Shown here one piece after another: positions 13,701-28,068 of a stretch of 64,000 nt of DNA; positions within the stretch are counted from its first letter, which is position 1; every line of letters begins with the position of its first letter. The DNA comes from Paragordius varius (Eukaryota; Animalia; Nematomorpha). The notes beneath the pieces are model-generated. The model was given only the letters and a program-made list of their open reading frames with translations, made no database searches and was not told where the DNA came from. The position numbers and the translations under genes are program-made. The stretch is from NCBI GenBank assembly GCA_964247055.1, contig OZ176055.1, forward strand, positions 6,324,001 to 6,388,000, read 5' to 3'.

Positions 13701-16700
13701 TTTCGATGTTGCGGATAGTCGGAATTGACCTTAGAAGCAATAACAGCTGTATAATTTATTTGGCAAAAAAACTCAATATTTACCTAAAAAGAGGCCATTT
13801 TTCAATGGCATTTTTATCTTAAAGACGTCAATTTGGAAATAAAGCCTTTATTACAGCACAATTGGCTTCGCGGGCCTTATAATAATGGACATTAACATAT
13901 ATTTATTGAATTTTAAACGTACAACTGTAAAGCTACTTCTGCCAAATTTGGCAAGATTTATTTAGAAAATTGGATATCTTAAAATTTTGTATTTGAAATT
14001 TATCGCAGGCTGCAGAAATTTTTTGGAGGGCCGCATGCGGTCCGCGGGCGCGTGTTGGACACCCCCGCTCTAAACTAGTATTTATTATATATTTAATCCT
14101 AATTTTACAAAACATTAAAATTGTTAAAATTCACATAATAAAAAGATTTTTTTACATATATGCTCCACTGATTACAGAATTAAAATAATTACATTTTACA
14201 TCTTAGCATTCTTTTTCGGTCATGGTAGCTTGCGGTGCAATTGTCTCTGCTTATTTGTAAAATTAAGTTTTTATAATCGATAGTTACATACGCATATCCA
14301 ATTTGCACTATAAACCCACATGTCGGTATTTAAGTAAAAACATCATATATTGGCCATTGGAAAATGTTATCATGTTCGAAATGGATTTAAAATGTATTTA
14401 CTAGAGGTCTTTATTTTGATATAATATATAATATGTAGACTGTTTAGTTGATAAAGGGATCAATAAACTATTGTGAAAATATAATTTGCCTATATTTATA
14501 TTTTTATTTTTAATTAAAATCTAAAATATAAAATTTTTAATTTATTCACAACAAAATATCTGTTTATTACACACAAAGCTAAAAATATTACAAGTATGTG
14601 TTTTTAAATCCATTAATTTAGCCAATTTATTTAGTTTTTTTTATTATAATCGAAAATTCATGTGCAAATAATTTTCATTTATCGCAAATTTCGATTAATA
14701 TAAATTAAATATTATATATAATACACAGATCCTTTGACAGTCATAAACTTTTTCCCTGGCATTATGCCTTCAGGTTTATTATCCAACAATTCTAGCCGCC
14801 TATTTGAATTGGCCCAAAATGCACATTCTGAAAATTTAAACATTATACAGAAATACCTTAAATTACAAGAAGAAAATAAAGATATGGCATCTGATGATCA
14901 TGAAATTTTAAACACCTCTGATTTGGATTGGAATACAAGTCTTCCCACCCTAATTGAATATTTAACTGACATGCGATCGTATTATATTACACAACTGGGT
15001 CCATTGACAATTACGGGTGAAAGTACAGAAAATTATGCAAAGAATAAAGGTTTTTTATACAAAAACAGTTTTTATATAATGTTACCAAGTTATTTTGGAT
15101 TTAGTGAGTGTTTTATATTCCTTAAGTGTGTTTGATGTCATATTGTAATACATTGTTTAAAAGTATAACATTTTTACGGATTTGTTTAATGACTGTGGGT
15201 CTCATTTTATGATCCATTTATCATTATTTTTGGATGTTTAATTTATACATGCTAATTATAACATCTTAACCAACTAAGACGTGATTCTATTGACAAAGTT
15301 TGTTGGTAAAAAACCACTACATCCATTTAAAGTAAATTTGAAAATATACATAATTTCAATAATCAATTATTGCTGATTTCCTATTTTAGACAAATACTTA
15401 AACACATTCTTTTCATGCATAATAATTATTTCCGTTTCATGTAGAATTATACACCTCTTATCTCCGCATCATTGACACGTGTCTTCTCAAATGTTATGCC
15501 AAAACAAATTGTACGTTAGTCAGTTCCTTACTCCGATTACCCCAAACCTATTGTGATTGTTGTGTAGCTGAACGTATTTTACGCAAACGCAATATGATGG
15601 CAGAGTTGGTTTTGTTTTATCAGCGGGCAGGTTTGCATGAGAAAGCCCTTGAACTTTTGTTGGGCGAATATGAAAAAGCGCGCAAAAAGCTTCAAACCAC
15701 TTCGCCTCAGAAATTATCTCCCACCCCGAGTAAAGACTCGAATAAGGAATCCACATCGATGTTAAGTGAGCAGGAGGAAGAACAGCTTTGTCCTGAGTTA
15801 AATGCATTCATTGAATATGTGGAAATGGAAATAGGTAGGTACGTCAAATATTGTTAAAATGAATTATTAAGACTGATCGTAATAACTAAGATCGGCGTTT
15901 TTTATGGAAAGACGACAGACTTTTTGCGCCTTTTTTCTAAATAACCTTTTGCTTTGGAAAATATGGAATAGGGGTGTGTGTAACCCACCTAACTACAGTA
16001 ATAAATGAAATTTTAATGGCAAAACGTAAAAACTCAAAGACAATTTTTAAATGAAGACACTATTGATTTTTATATAACCTTTTATTTTAATTTATAGAGA
16101 TACTTACATAGGTAATACACTCAGTTTTGCAATCAACTATGTTTTTTATAAAAAATCAAGTATCAAAAATATTGTTACTCTATAAAAATATATTTTTTTA
16201 GTTTTTTACGGTTTGTTCCTATAATTTATTTACAGTATTTGTTTATGTCTGAAATGGGACCGTATTCTTGGAACCGTTTTTTATTTTCCGATTTTAATTC
16301 AATTTTCTAAACTTTCTTATTCTACAATTGTAAAAATAACGTGTGCTTTAGTTCCGGTTTCAAAGTGTTTGTTGCGAATTCAGTTACAATTTTATTTTTC
16401 GCTCAAATATTTCGATTTTTGAACCACTTTGAATTTACAAATAACGTATTTATTGATGAGATGGCAAAAAAATTCATAGGTAAGCGGCAAAATTTTATTT
16501 TTTGCTACTTTATATTATTATATTTTATGTCATTTGAAATAATTTAATAAAGGTCACCATTAAAAAATTTTTTAAAAAAAGTAGTAAATTTCTGAAAATT
16601 CTTCTTTTTTGGTTACATTATTAATGGTTTCAGTTTTAATCCTTGGTATATGTCTATTTAAATAGTATGTTAAAAAATTTATTGTTTTTTTTATCAATTA

Positions 16701-19700
16701 TAGATGCATCTAAGCTTGATTTATTAATCAAGTACCTGGGAAAGTTACACCAAAATGCTCAGAATAAAATGGTGTCATACAAAGTATAATTTTTTTATTT
16801 ACTAAACAGATATTAACCAGTACAAATTTTTCGCGTGATTATGATCGTGAAAAATCGCTTTACTATTTGATTGCGCATCAACCTGAAAGTTTGATATCAT
16901 ACCTACAACATATTATTGAGGTTTGGGGTGAGGAACGAACACTTTTTCACAATGCCCTTATAAATGCTTACCGTGAAACCCTAATCACGGATATTAAAAC
17001 TTTGCAAGATTTGCTTTCAGAAACTAATGATGTATTTCTTTCGATAAATAGAACCAGTTGTTTTCATAACGAGTATGGATTGATTCAAAAAATAAGCACT
17101 AAAAATGCCGTATTGGGACACTTTTATGCCACTGATATTAAAGAATTAAACCAAATATTATGGTTACAAGGTGATGATAAAACAACTATTATTGACACTA
17201 TAAATGATGGATCTCCCAGTTATGACGATAAGAATGAGCAATCATTTAACTTGAATAGCGTGAAACCAGTTGATGCCGACGAAAGCTTTGATGATATTAT
17301 GGGATTAGATGCCAGTAAATTATTTTTGGACGAATCGAATGAAAGCACCGAAGATATTAGTACTGTTGAGGATTCTGATGTAAGCTTTGAGGCTAATTTT
17401 ATTACATACAATAAGTATATTGATATTGGTCAATTCACATTATTGTTGGCCAATTGGTATACAGTATGATAGAAAACAAATTTTGTCAATATTCAAATTA
17501 AATTTAATGTTGTAAGATTGAAAAAAATTGTAATTTTAACCATTTATTGTTTTTTACTCATACGCTACTGTATTGCCTATTGGCCAATATGTGATTATTA
17601 TTAGGCCATCAAATTTTTGTTTAAAAAGTTTATATTATTTGAAAAAAATGACGGTTAATTATTAGATGATTTATATTCCTCTTTTTTATAGTTAAAAATG
17701 AATCATGAAGGTTTATTAATAAAATTAGAAGTATATTTGATTAATAAGTTGTTATGATTGGTGGAATGCAATTTTATATCTAAAAATAAATTGTTACTCT
17801 TTTACCAATATTATATAGCATAACACATTATTGCCATTATATATTGCAGACCCTTGTATCCCGTGAACTATTGATGGAAAAAATTCAAACACTCTCAAAC
17901 AAAATTGGTGAAGATCGAATTCGCCTTCGAAAATATCTTGAAAATCCATATTATTTACCAGATACACTGCTAAACATATTTTTGGATGATTGTAAGCTTT
18001 GTTCCATAGATTTCAATTGTTTTTGCTAAGGTCAACTCAATCTAGATATAATTCAATGTTGAATTTATATATTTTTAACATTAACTGAAAATATGAATTA
18101 TTTTATTTTTTAGTAATAAAGCGATTTTTATTTTAACAGATTTTAGCGTAGAAAAAGCCCTAATACATGTGAGATTGGGTAATTATTCTGATGCATTGCG
18201 TATGTTTGCTTATACACTGAACGATCTTAAATTGGCTCTTAAGTTTTGTGATTCTCACTATACTTCCTATAACAATGTAATATCACTATTTGTTTGTTAT
18301 CATATGAACGCTTTTCATGATCTATTATAAACGACATAAAAATTCAGATGCATATTTTATTTGACACATATATAATACAGACAAATGTCCTGATTTTTTG
18401 ATCCTTATTTGTGATATACCATTTGCACTTCAAGAGTTTCCTTGAACATTCAAATTGGCTTCAAATATAACATTTAGTGTTAGTCTTTGAACATTTTTAT
18501 TATGTTTTTAACTTTTAATAATCAAACCATGTATCATATATTATTTTTTCATTTTTAACCAAACTTTATTAAACATTCATAATCAATATTAACTTTTAAT
18601 CATTCAGAAACCGTATGTCTTTATTTATTTTTTAAGAAATATTTTAATATTTTTAAGTATCTTTACAATTGAAATATATATATGTTTTATAGCTCATCAA
18701 TTACATGATTTCTTAAAAAATATAAGTAAATAATTTTGTATTAAAAAAATAGTTTGAGACAAAAAAAGAGGTTTTTGATGGAAAAATTTTAATTGGTTGA
18801 AATATAATAAATTTATGAATACATCCAAAAATAATGGTTAAATCTCAGCATAAAAATTTTAAGGATCAACTTGTGTTCAAGGACAACCTCGAAGTCCTAA
18901 TGGTATATGTTTAGCATAATGGTAAAAACAGGTTCGTAAAATAAAATTATTTCACATTTTTATATTTGTAATAAGTTTTTGTTTCCATCTTCGATTATAA
19001 TAGTGGATAGTCATTGATTTTTATTCTAAAATTATTTTAAGCGGTTTTGTGTGTTTTACAAAAAAATGACGATAATAAAGGAAAAAACATTGCATTAAAT
19101 TATGTCGTCATAACATACCAGTGAAACCGTTGTAACTTAATTATTTATGTTAATTTACATAATTTGCCGTCTTAATAAATATTTTAATGATTATTAAGGA
19201 AGGTTTTAACCTAGATTTGTCATTTTCTTTAGATTTATTATGAACTGATATCAGTATTAATCTCCCCACCGGACGGTGCTAAAAACAAAGATTATTTGGA
19301 GAACATTATTGAAATACTTAACAGTCATTACAATCAAATTCCATTTTTAAAGGTTACCCCTTACACTTGTAATAATGTATCGATATAGGTTATAGATTTA
19401 TTACCTAATATACCGCTTACCCGAATTCAAAAATATTTAATGAACATATTTACCAACAATCAACGACAAATAAATCACAACCAGATTGTAAAAGGTTTAT
19501 TGGAATCAAAAAATGATCAAGTTTTGAAAAAAAAATTAATATCATTCCATAGGTTATTAATCAAAAATTTTCCGTTCTTTCCCAACAAATCATTGTGGAT
19601 GATGCAACATTATGCAAGTTATGTATGAAAAAAATTAAAGAAAGGTATCATATATGTTTAATGTAATGTTTTAAGTACGTTTATTCGGTATCCAAATGGT

Positions 19701-19751
19701 TTGTTTGCTCACTATTTTTGTTACAAAAACCCATCGTCTCCAAACTCATGA
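10719..19751 (+). CDS. VPS39: Vam6/Vps39-like HOPS subunit (CNH domain, clathrin-like repeat, C-terminal zinc finger). Exons 10719-10830, 10855-10938, 10959-11137, 11166-11261, 11286-11376, 12344-12688, 12760-12880, 13271-13409, 13556-13685, 14729-15049, 15445-15834, 16704-16783, 16810-17463, 17850-17991, 18140-18276, 19233-19352, 19389-19520, 19553-19644, 19676-19751
   Basis: Spliced product contains Vps39 motifs: PYFIGLLPNCIEIRS, DPLTVINFFPG, IIDTCLLKCY, ELVLFYQRAGLHEKALELL, YLQHIIEVWGEERTLFHNALI, CKLCMKKIKESTFIRYPNGLFAHYFC. A few internal boundaries are best guesses. Confidence 0.9.
11437..11976 (-). mobile_element. piggyBac-like MITE (family D, diverged) in a VPS39 intron
   Basis: TTAA|CACTTGAATAC ... 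AATTTGAAACGAGTG|TTAT. Confidence 0.65.
13855..14067. mobile_element. hAT-type MITE, one TIR lost
   Basis: GGGCCGCATGCGGTCCGCGGGCG ... GTTGGACACCCCCG end, shared with 31868-32119 and 52345-52580. Confidence 0.55.
18414..18908. mobile_element. Foldback MITE (family F) in a VPS39 intron
   Basis: ATATACCATTTGCACTTCAAG ... CGAAGTCCTAATGGTATAT termini with TTCAAGGAC modules. Confidence 0.65.
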
Positions 19752-19851
19752 AACATTAGATATTAGAAAATAATATATACGCCTAAATTATTATTTATTT
19801 ATTTGTATTAATAAATGTTTTTCATTATTAAAAATTAAAGTTTATCTATAA

Positions 19852-20158
19852 CAGGGGTACCCAACCAAATTTCGACCAAAAATATGGCATTAATAGATAT
19901 TAGATATCAAATATTAAAATGTTTAAAAAATATGAATCAACTTTAAAAACTATATATATATTTCACCAAGTTTAATTCTTTGCCAAAATTTGGAAATAAT
20001 TATTCAGATATTGTTTAAGCAATATTAATTTGATATGGATTTATTTTATAAATAACAATATTTTTGCGAATTATAGAATTTAATATTTATTTGATCATTT
20101 TACAAATTTTTCGGGATCCGCATAAAATATCTAGGAAGGCCCATGTTGTAGATCTTTG
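19852..20158. mobile_element. hAT-type MITE between the convergent VPS39 and IDH2 3' ends
   Basis: Starts CAGGGGTACCCAAC. Flanked by a near-perfect 8-bp TSD, ATCTATAA / ATCTATAC. Confidence 0.6.
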
Positions 20159-20413
20159 ATCTATACCATGTCTAAAGGCTACTATAAACGATTTAGCATT
20201 AAATCAAAAAACAATCTTGGATCAATATATTAAAAAATTTATTATGAAATAGTGTATGTATATCACCTAAAAATAAAACGGTAATACTAAAAATATCAAA
20301 AACGGTGCAGCGATAATTAAAATAAAAGTCGTGTGTGGTTTTGGTGCACAAGAAATTTCTATTCTATAATTCCTACATAAATAAATAAATGTATATTGAG
20401 CATTTATGTTTAA

Positions 20414-21189
20414 TTAAATTTTGGCACGTTGAGATGCAACCGTGTTAGAGGCCAAATGAGTATTCAGATTTCTGCTTATTTCATCCAAAAACTCTTCTGT
20501 GTTAAGGTAATCTCCAGGTTTAACCCTAAAATAATAAATTTATTGGATAATGTTTAGGCTATAATATTATGATATTAATTGGGAGTATTTGTGTTAAAAA
20601 ATTGAATTCGTTTAAACGTTAATTTACCTTAAAGTTTAATTAAGTTGACTTAATGGTAGTAAACGAAAAATTTAAGTTTTATTAAAATTAATTTTTTTAA
20701 AGTTGTTATTATTATAAGATCAAAATTTTTACTTTTTAGCATCTCCTTTAACGCAAAGCGCTAAATCTTTTGTATACTTTCCAGAATCAATTGTATCGAC
20801 GCATACCTTTTCAAGCGTATCAGAAAATCTAAAATGCAAAAATTTTGAATTTTAAACCATGTTAATATTAAAATATTAATAGAATGTAAGGTTATTGAAC
20901 CGTTTAAGAAAATGTAAATTATTTAAATGACAAAAAAATAGTTGATAAAACCTCTTTTTGGTATATTAAGAATTAAGCAAAATAACTTGATCTTTCTATG
21001 TTACCAAAAAGGCATGTCAAATAGGATAACAGTATTATGAAAAAAAATTCTTAACCACAAGAGGTTAAGCAAAAAGAAAATAGATCTATGTATTTTTAAA
21101 AATAAACCCCGGTGTATAAATCCTCTAATTGAGATTTATAATGTTTTTAGAGTAAAATGCCTTACCAAAAAAATAAATATATATATATG

Positions 21190-21229
<40 letters not shown>

Positions 21230-24200
21230 AATTTGCCACGGTGTGGTATAATAAATTGGAAAAAACGATAAAAACATTTTTAATTCCGAGTTTCCGTCAA
21301 GTTTGGCCCTATGTGCTAATCCACGCGTCCAAGCAAATATGCTAGCAATGGGATTTGTGCTTGTTGGATTACCCTATAATACAATAAACATTTAAATTAT
21401 TATCGATGATAAATCGTGAAAACTAGAGAGGTATTTTTGGAAGAAAAAACAATCATATTTATTAAACCTTCATTTTTTATATAACCTACAGCTTTTGATT
21501 GCAAAATAGCTAATAATGTGTAGAAAATTGGTGACACCTAAACATACTTCATATTTATAATTATAATTGTTTATAAGGGGAAAATATAGTTTAAAAAGTA
21601 TGGTTGTCTGCTAAGTCTTCTACGAATTTTTACGTTTTGCCTCTAAAATATTAATTTTTACTGAAAATGTGTGGTAAGAGAAGAAAATTAAGTTTTTTTT
21701 AAATCATGTCCCCGCTGTCGATAGAAAAAAGGAATTATTCACCAAAAATGTTCTGACTTATAATTAAAAAAAATTATTATTCCTTTTATATAAAATATTT
21801 TTTTCAGGCTTGGAACCTGAACCCGGTTCCTGGGATTTAACAAAAACCGGTTCCATTGGGATGGAACCAACGCAGTTCTAGTTCCACTTCTCCAGGAACC
21901 ACCCCGGTTCTATCTATAAATTTTTAGAAACCCGATTCCGGTTCCACCTCCTTTACTGGCTCCCATATAATTTTTATTATAAAACATTTATTTTATTATT
22001 TAAATTTGATTGTACCACTACATGTTACATACTTCAAACTTTAAACCTAAAACTAAGCGCCTAATATTATATTAGCGATACTCTCGAATTTTGGGCGATT
22101 CGGCTGTTCTAAAAAAACTATGTCATATCTCAAGTTAATTTATAATACACATGTTAGTTTATATTTGTCTCCGAAAGGATTTCAGACCAGAGAAGCAGTT
22201 TGACCAGTGAATTGCTTGGTGCAATAATTTATTAAAGTTACATAAAGAATTTTTCAGATGCCATACTTACTTTAACTCTCATTTTATACCTTTGTTATAT
22301 TACCTATTATATTTTTTTAATTTGTTTCATTTATTAAACTACATTATATTTCCTTCAATATACATTTGCCAATTTATAATAAATTGTTTGATTGATAACT
22401 GTTAATATTTTGGTTGTATTATAATAATAATAATATAAGAGAATCATTTAAAAGTCAACCGAAAATAAAACCGCCGGTTCCGGAACCGCTAAATTTTAAA
22501 AAAACCAACGCGGTTCCAGTTACATTTGTTCAGGAACACCGGTTCCGGTTCCAAAATTTCTGGAACCTTTAATTCTTAAAACCAACGCGGTTGCGGTTCC
22601 GCTTGTTGAACCGACCCGGTTCCAGTTCCACTTTATTTGTACCAGTTCCAAGCCCTGTTTTTTTCCTCAGAGCCCAAAACAAATAGCTTCGCGAGGGCCG
22701 CATTTGCAACTCAAAATGCCGATGGGTGGCATTTAAATAAACTAATTTTGCCTAGAGAACCTATTTACCAAAAGAAAGGGTAAGATGTGAAATATAAGAC
22801 TATTTACTAGCCTAAATTAATTAATCATTTATCGAATCAATAATATGAAATTAAATTTGCTGAAAAAAGTTAAGCATGAATCTTCAAAAAATAATATTTT
22901 TTAAGGAAAAAATTATATGCATTTGAATGAAAATTTAGTCAGGATTTTGTAAAAATGTTTTTAAAAAAATAAAATTTTTTTGATTTTATATAATCAACAT
23001 TTTTCAAATATTTTTCGTAAGCCGATGAAAAAGTCGTGTGCCAACAAATTATCCACCAATCAATTAACACCCAAAAGTATTGTATAAATTATGTAACAAC
23101 CTACCTACTACACCAAGTAAAATTAAAACTAATTATAAATTTTTCGAAATAACTGGATATAATTAAATGCTTATGTTGTAAGAAGGCATATTCAATTTTT
23201 AAAATATTGTTAAATAAGCATATTAAAATATTTAATTTTTATTTTTTTAAAAATATGTTAAAAACAATAAAATCTTACTATCTCTCTTCCAAAAAAAATT
23301 TACTAGCATTTTTTACAAAAAACAGAAGTTTTTAAATGACCATGGTCAAAAAATAAATAGTCACTGACCTAATTACAAGTACAATAAAAAAAGTAAAACC
23401 TTTTGATGTTCCCTGTAATGACGTGTAACTGTTCCGTGGGCGGCTTCGGCCTCTATCGTTTTCCCATCCGGACAGATTAGGACGGAAGTCATGAGCCCGA
23501 GTGAACCATACCCCTGAGCAACTATATCAGATTGAACGTCCCCGTCATAATTCTTACAGGCCCAAACGAAACCGCCTTGGCTTTTGAGGGCTTGTGCCAC
23601 CATATCATCAATCAATCGATGTTCATACCAGATCCCAGCTTGCGTATACGCATCTTTGTATGATCTATCATAATCATAATATAGGAAATGCTGAAATATG
23701 TGAATAAAATGTTAGTAGTACACAAATAATGTTAGTTGTTAAAAAAATTGGTAAAAGAAATTTTTTATTTGAAAAAAAGACAGCACCACTGTTTAAACCT
23801 AGATTATTGTTATCTAATTTTTTTTCATTAAGGCTACATTTAACAAAATAGATTTTGAAAGGTCGAAAATTTTTTAAATGATTTTGATTTGCGTTCCTTA
23901 CACAAACGCCTTATTCAGCATTGTCAATCCAATATGTTTATTCCTAATAAAATACTATCCATATTATAGGTGGGATATTTTTCGCAAAAAAATTTAAAAT
24001 ATATATTTTATAGGAATACCATCAACAACATCTTGTTTTTTTTCAAAATTAGTAAAAAAACATTTTTTCTTATAAACCGTGTACAACCCTTAAGAAATAC
24101 TTTCTGTTGTTTCTAATTACACAATTTATTAACCGTGTGCTAATCTATTTTTTTTCTTTTAACTTTTCGTTATGCTATACATTTGTTTTACTTACTGTAT

Positions 24201-26352
24201 ATGTATCTTGATAAGATATATAATGGGAATATGTAGAAGACAAAGGGTAAAAAACTAGTAAAAGACATATTTTTGGTAAAAAAAACAAAATTATTAAAAT
24301 GACCGTCGTACTTTGTAAACCTTGATTTTTTATAGGTTCTTTAGAGGAAATATGTAGAATCAAAACTTAAAATAATTAAAAAATGATAAAAGACAAAAAA
24401 ATTCAAGAAAAGACATTCACACTTTTTAAACCTTTATTTTTTGTATGATCTATAATGGATATAGGTCAAAACGTCTATAAAAATTAGTAAACGACAAATT
24501 GGCAAAGAATACAATTTTAAGAAAAAGACAAAACACAAAATTGTTAAAAAGACCGCCATAACTCAATTTGATTTTTTGTGGGATCTATAAAGGGAAGGAA
24601 TATAATTATAAAGAGAGACAAAAAGTAAAAATTATTAAAAGACTAATATTTAAAAAGAGATACCATACTTCTTAATTTTTCTTAAACCCATATTACAATA
24701 AGCTCTAAAAATAAAAAAAAGTTTGTGTAACATCTGCTTTATCTAAATTTCATTTTATGTCTTACTTTTCATATATTTCTTGAAAGATATCCTTGAACCT
24801 GCCATCATAACGTTTAAGTATGGTATTTTTCGTACTTAAATACAAGGGATATTTTTTGCTAAGGGCATATTGAAAACTGGAATGAGCAAAATCTTTGATA
24901 CTCTGTTAAAAATATAATATTGAAAATTAATAAATATCCAATTTCTACCAAAAACAGTGGTCAAATTTTTTTGGACTTTTGTTGAGGTATATATAAAAAC
25001 ATTATATAAAAATCTTTTTAATTGATAATAATTTATATGAAAATTTGCTAAATATATTCAACTAATAACCATAAATTTAATAAAACATTAAGTGAATTAT
25101 TCAAATTTAACCAAAAATACAGATATATATCAATATCACATTAAAAAAATAATAGAATACCTCATCAGTATTATACATTGCAAGGGCGACACCATTCCCT
25201 TTGAAATTAAAAACTTTGTAAATTTCAGGTTTCTTGGTTTTATCAGGTGTAAAATATAATTCTAGCATCCCGGGTTCGTTTATCACAACATCAGTGGCTT
25301 TGTACTGTAACAAAATATAAAATATTATTTTGATAGGTGATGACCCCCTCCTTTTCCCTCAATAAAAATTTAAAAGTAACATTTCAAAAAATCGGATTTC
25401 ATGATAAGCATGAGATAAGTGTAAAGCTTTTATATAATTTACTTTCTTATTGTTTAGCTATTCTTTTGAAAAAAATCCTGCTGCATAAGGATTAAATTTG
25501 AGAGACTTATAAATTGACTTAATTATCCGTATTCACGATATTTAAATTAATTTGCTACCACGCGTGGTGTTGGATGAATCATTTTTAGTTAAAGGCCAGC
25601 TTTAGGTGTTCTGCACAACCATTTACACACCAAAGAAATTCCCAATTAACCCCATATACACAATGTAATCAAAAGTTTAACTTGAATTTTATGAGATTGT
25701 AAATTTAAAATAAAGTAGTCCTGATTTACGACGTTTTATACAATTTGTGTTAAAAAAAGTGGGAAGGCTTCTGTAGTAAAACATTAAACCTGATCACCAA
25801 AAGCATGGCGTCCTATAACAATAGGTTTTGTCCATCCAGGCACTAAACGTGGAATCGACTGACAAATGATGGGTTCGCGAAAAACGGTTCCACCCAATAT
25901 ATTTCTTATGGTACCGTTCGGACTAAGCCACATTTTTTTAAGGTTAAACTCTATAATAATTGGAAAAAATTAAGTTATTTATGAATTATAAATCATTCAT
26001 CTTAATTTATAATTACCCTTAACTCGGGCTTCATCTGGTGTTATAGTAGCACATTTGATGCCAACATTAAACTTTTTAATAGCATTGGCCGCTTCCACCG
26101 TAACTTGATCGTTTGTTCTATCTCTGTTTTCTAATCCAAGATCGTAATAAATACATTCTAAATTAAGATTCGGAAAAATTAGCTAAATAATTATGGACAT
26201 AAAACCTTTTCTTTAATCATATTCCATATAATCCGTGTCATTTCATCCCCATCTAGCTCAACTACTGGATTGTCTACTTTTATAGTATGCATCATTCGCT
26301 TTCCCGAACACGTCAAAAAATTGTTAAAAAATAATTTTAGTACAGCTGCCAT
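20414..26352 (-). CDS. IDH2: NADP-dependent isocitrate dehydrogenase, mitochondrial type, 441 aa. Exons 26352-26206, 26182-26017, 25950-25790, 25304-25161, 24902-24766, 23664-23400, 21373-21276, 20828-20733, 20525-20414
   Basis: Exon lengths sum to 1326 nt in frame. Motifs [71 protein letters not shown]. The N-terminal extension [19 protein letters not shown] resembles a mitochondrial presequence. Confidence 0.95.
21178..21228. repeat. (TA)n microsatellite in an IDH2 intron
   Basis: About 50 nt of interrupted TA repeats. Confidence 0.9.
21805..22657. mobile_element. hAT-type MITE (family B, GGAACC/GGTTCC-rich) in an IDH2 intron
   Basis: TIR CAGG(G)CTTGGAAC / GTTCCAAGCCCTG. Colinear with 33901-34661. 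Confidence 0.75.
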
Positions 26353-27904
26353 AAAAAGGTAGATGACCCAATGAAACGTTTTTGCGTCTGTTTACGAAAG
26401 GCCTTTGGCGCTATGTTGTAAGTTTATGTTTTTTGAATATTGAATCATATTTGTTAATAATAATATAACCTTATAATTTAGTTTATACCTATTTATTTAT
26501 AAAAAATTCAAAAAAAATCAATTTTCTGGGAGTAAAAAAATACCCCCAATAAATTAATGTTAAATCGAAAAATTTGGTTTTCTTTGATACCGTGGCTCAC
26601 GTGGTGACCATAAAACAGGGCAAAATATTTTTATTTTAGAAAAATGTTATTTCTTTGGCTTTGGAAAAATTGTTAGCACTTCATTGAAGTGTTTGGGGAG
26701 ATAATATTATGGAGTGCTCCAAATGGTTAACATTATATATAATCGCCATATAACAGTTTACGATTTAAAATACTTCATGACCTATTTCTCTTTTAAATAT
26801 TTTGGGGCATTTGCCTACCCCAGAGTCTGCAGTCGTAATAAAAAATAATTATTTAATCCAAAAAGCTCAGAATTTTTACAGTTTTTGATTTCTAAAGCCC
26901 GATAATCAGATAGCTCAAAAACATGATTGAAACAAACACCTGATAATAAAATCGATAAATATCGAGAAATCGCATATAAATCGTATTTGAAAGCCTTGCC
27001 AAATTAGTTTTGTATATTTTTTAACATAGGCTAATGACCATTGTATTTAAAATCTTAAGGAATTTAAAGCGTAAAAGGACGGTAAAAAATTTGAGCTGGC
27101 TATTTAATTACATTTTTAAAATCTATCATGCGCTTAAAAGGCTTAAGAAAACATATATTTAGATTTGGCCGAATACTGAATATATTTTTAAAGATCATTA
27201 GATTTTATGGTCTAGGGGTATAAAATCACCCCAAAAGGCTATCAAAGTGTTAAAAAACAGAAAATATTTGGCGACAAAAAGTTTGAGGTTCGGATTTATT
27301 AAATTTTATATCAAAATTTACTTTCTGAATAATGACTGTCACTGAATGCATTATAAATCCCAATAAAATAATATTTGTAGAATATAAAAATTACTTTGTA
27401 GAAAGCTACCCCAAATTTTATGATGAAACATATAACATATTTTTATTAATTTGTGCATATAGAAAAATCTGGAAAACAGCGCATAGATGTATTTCTAAAT
27501 TAATTTGAGCCCCGAAAGTCTCGCTTTGGACCTCGCTAAAATAGGCTAGTTTTCCAAATAGCCGACATTTACGATAGGATATACATGATAGATTATTAAC
27601 AATTTTGTTTTTCTAAAAGGCATTCTTTGCTTTTAAAATAAAAATACAAACATTTTTATAGCGCGTCTAAAGTATTCCGTAGTTTAAAATGGTTGTATAT
27701 TTTTTAATTATAAGACTTAACGCATCAAACCGTGCTTGTTATGAAAATGAAATTCAAATTATATTAAAACTTTTAATTATATAGGTCCAAGGTTGGTTCC
27801 CTAAATGTTTAAATCGAAATCGATATTACATAAAATAAATTTTTAACAACATTCATATTAATAATTATATATAAAAATATACAGTTTAGAGTATCTTTTT
27901 TCCT

Positions 27905-28068
27905 TTTTTATTAAAGGCTAAGGACTTAGATTGTATCCGGACTTTTGAAGGCTTTAACACTCGCCTGCCCAGGGCTGACAGTGATGATGGAAAAAATGCG
28001 TAGTTCCGGGGTCCGAACTCAGGTACGCAGTGTGAGAGTCCGGCGCCCTACCTACTATACCATCTTCC
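27905..28068 (-). mobile_element. tRNA-Glu-derived SINE-like element
   Basis: Minus strand reads TGGTATAGTAGG (A box) ... CTCTCAC ... GAGTTCGGACC (B box), then a non-tRNA body and an A-rich tail. Acceptor and anticodon stems do not pair. Confidence 0.55.

Noticed and set aside
24743-24765. 23-nt micro-intron at the start of IDH2 intron 5
   Set aside because: Using this AG gives AAA TAA immediately. Homology continues at the 23664 acceptor, so it is at most a cryptic site.
27995-28068. Functional tRNA-Glu(CTC)
   Set aside because: The acceptor and anticodon stems do not pair, so it is treated as a SINE head.
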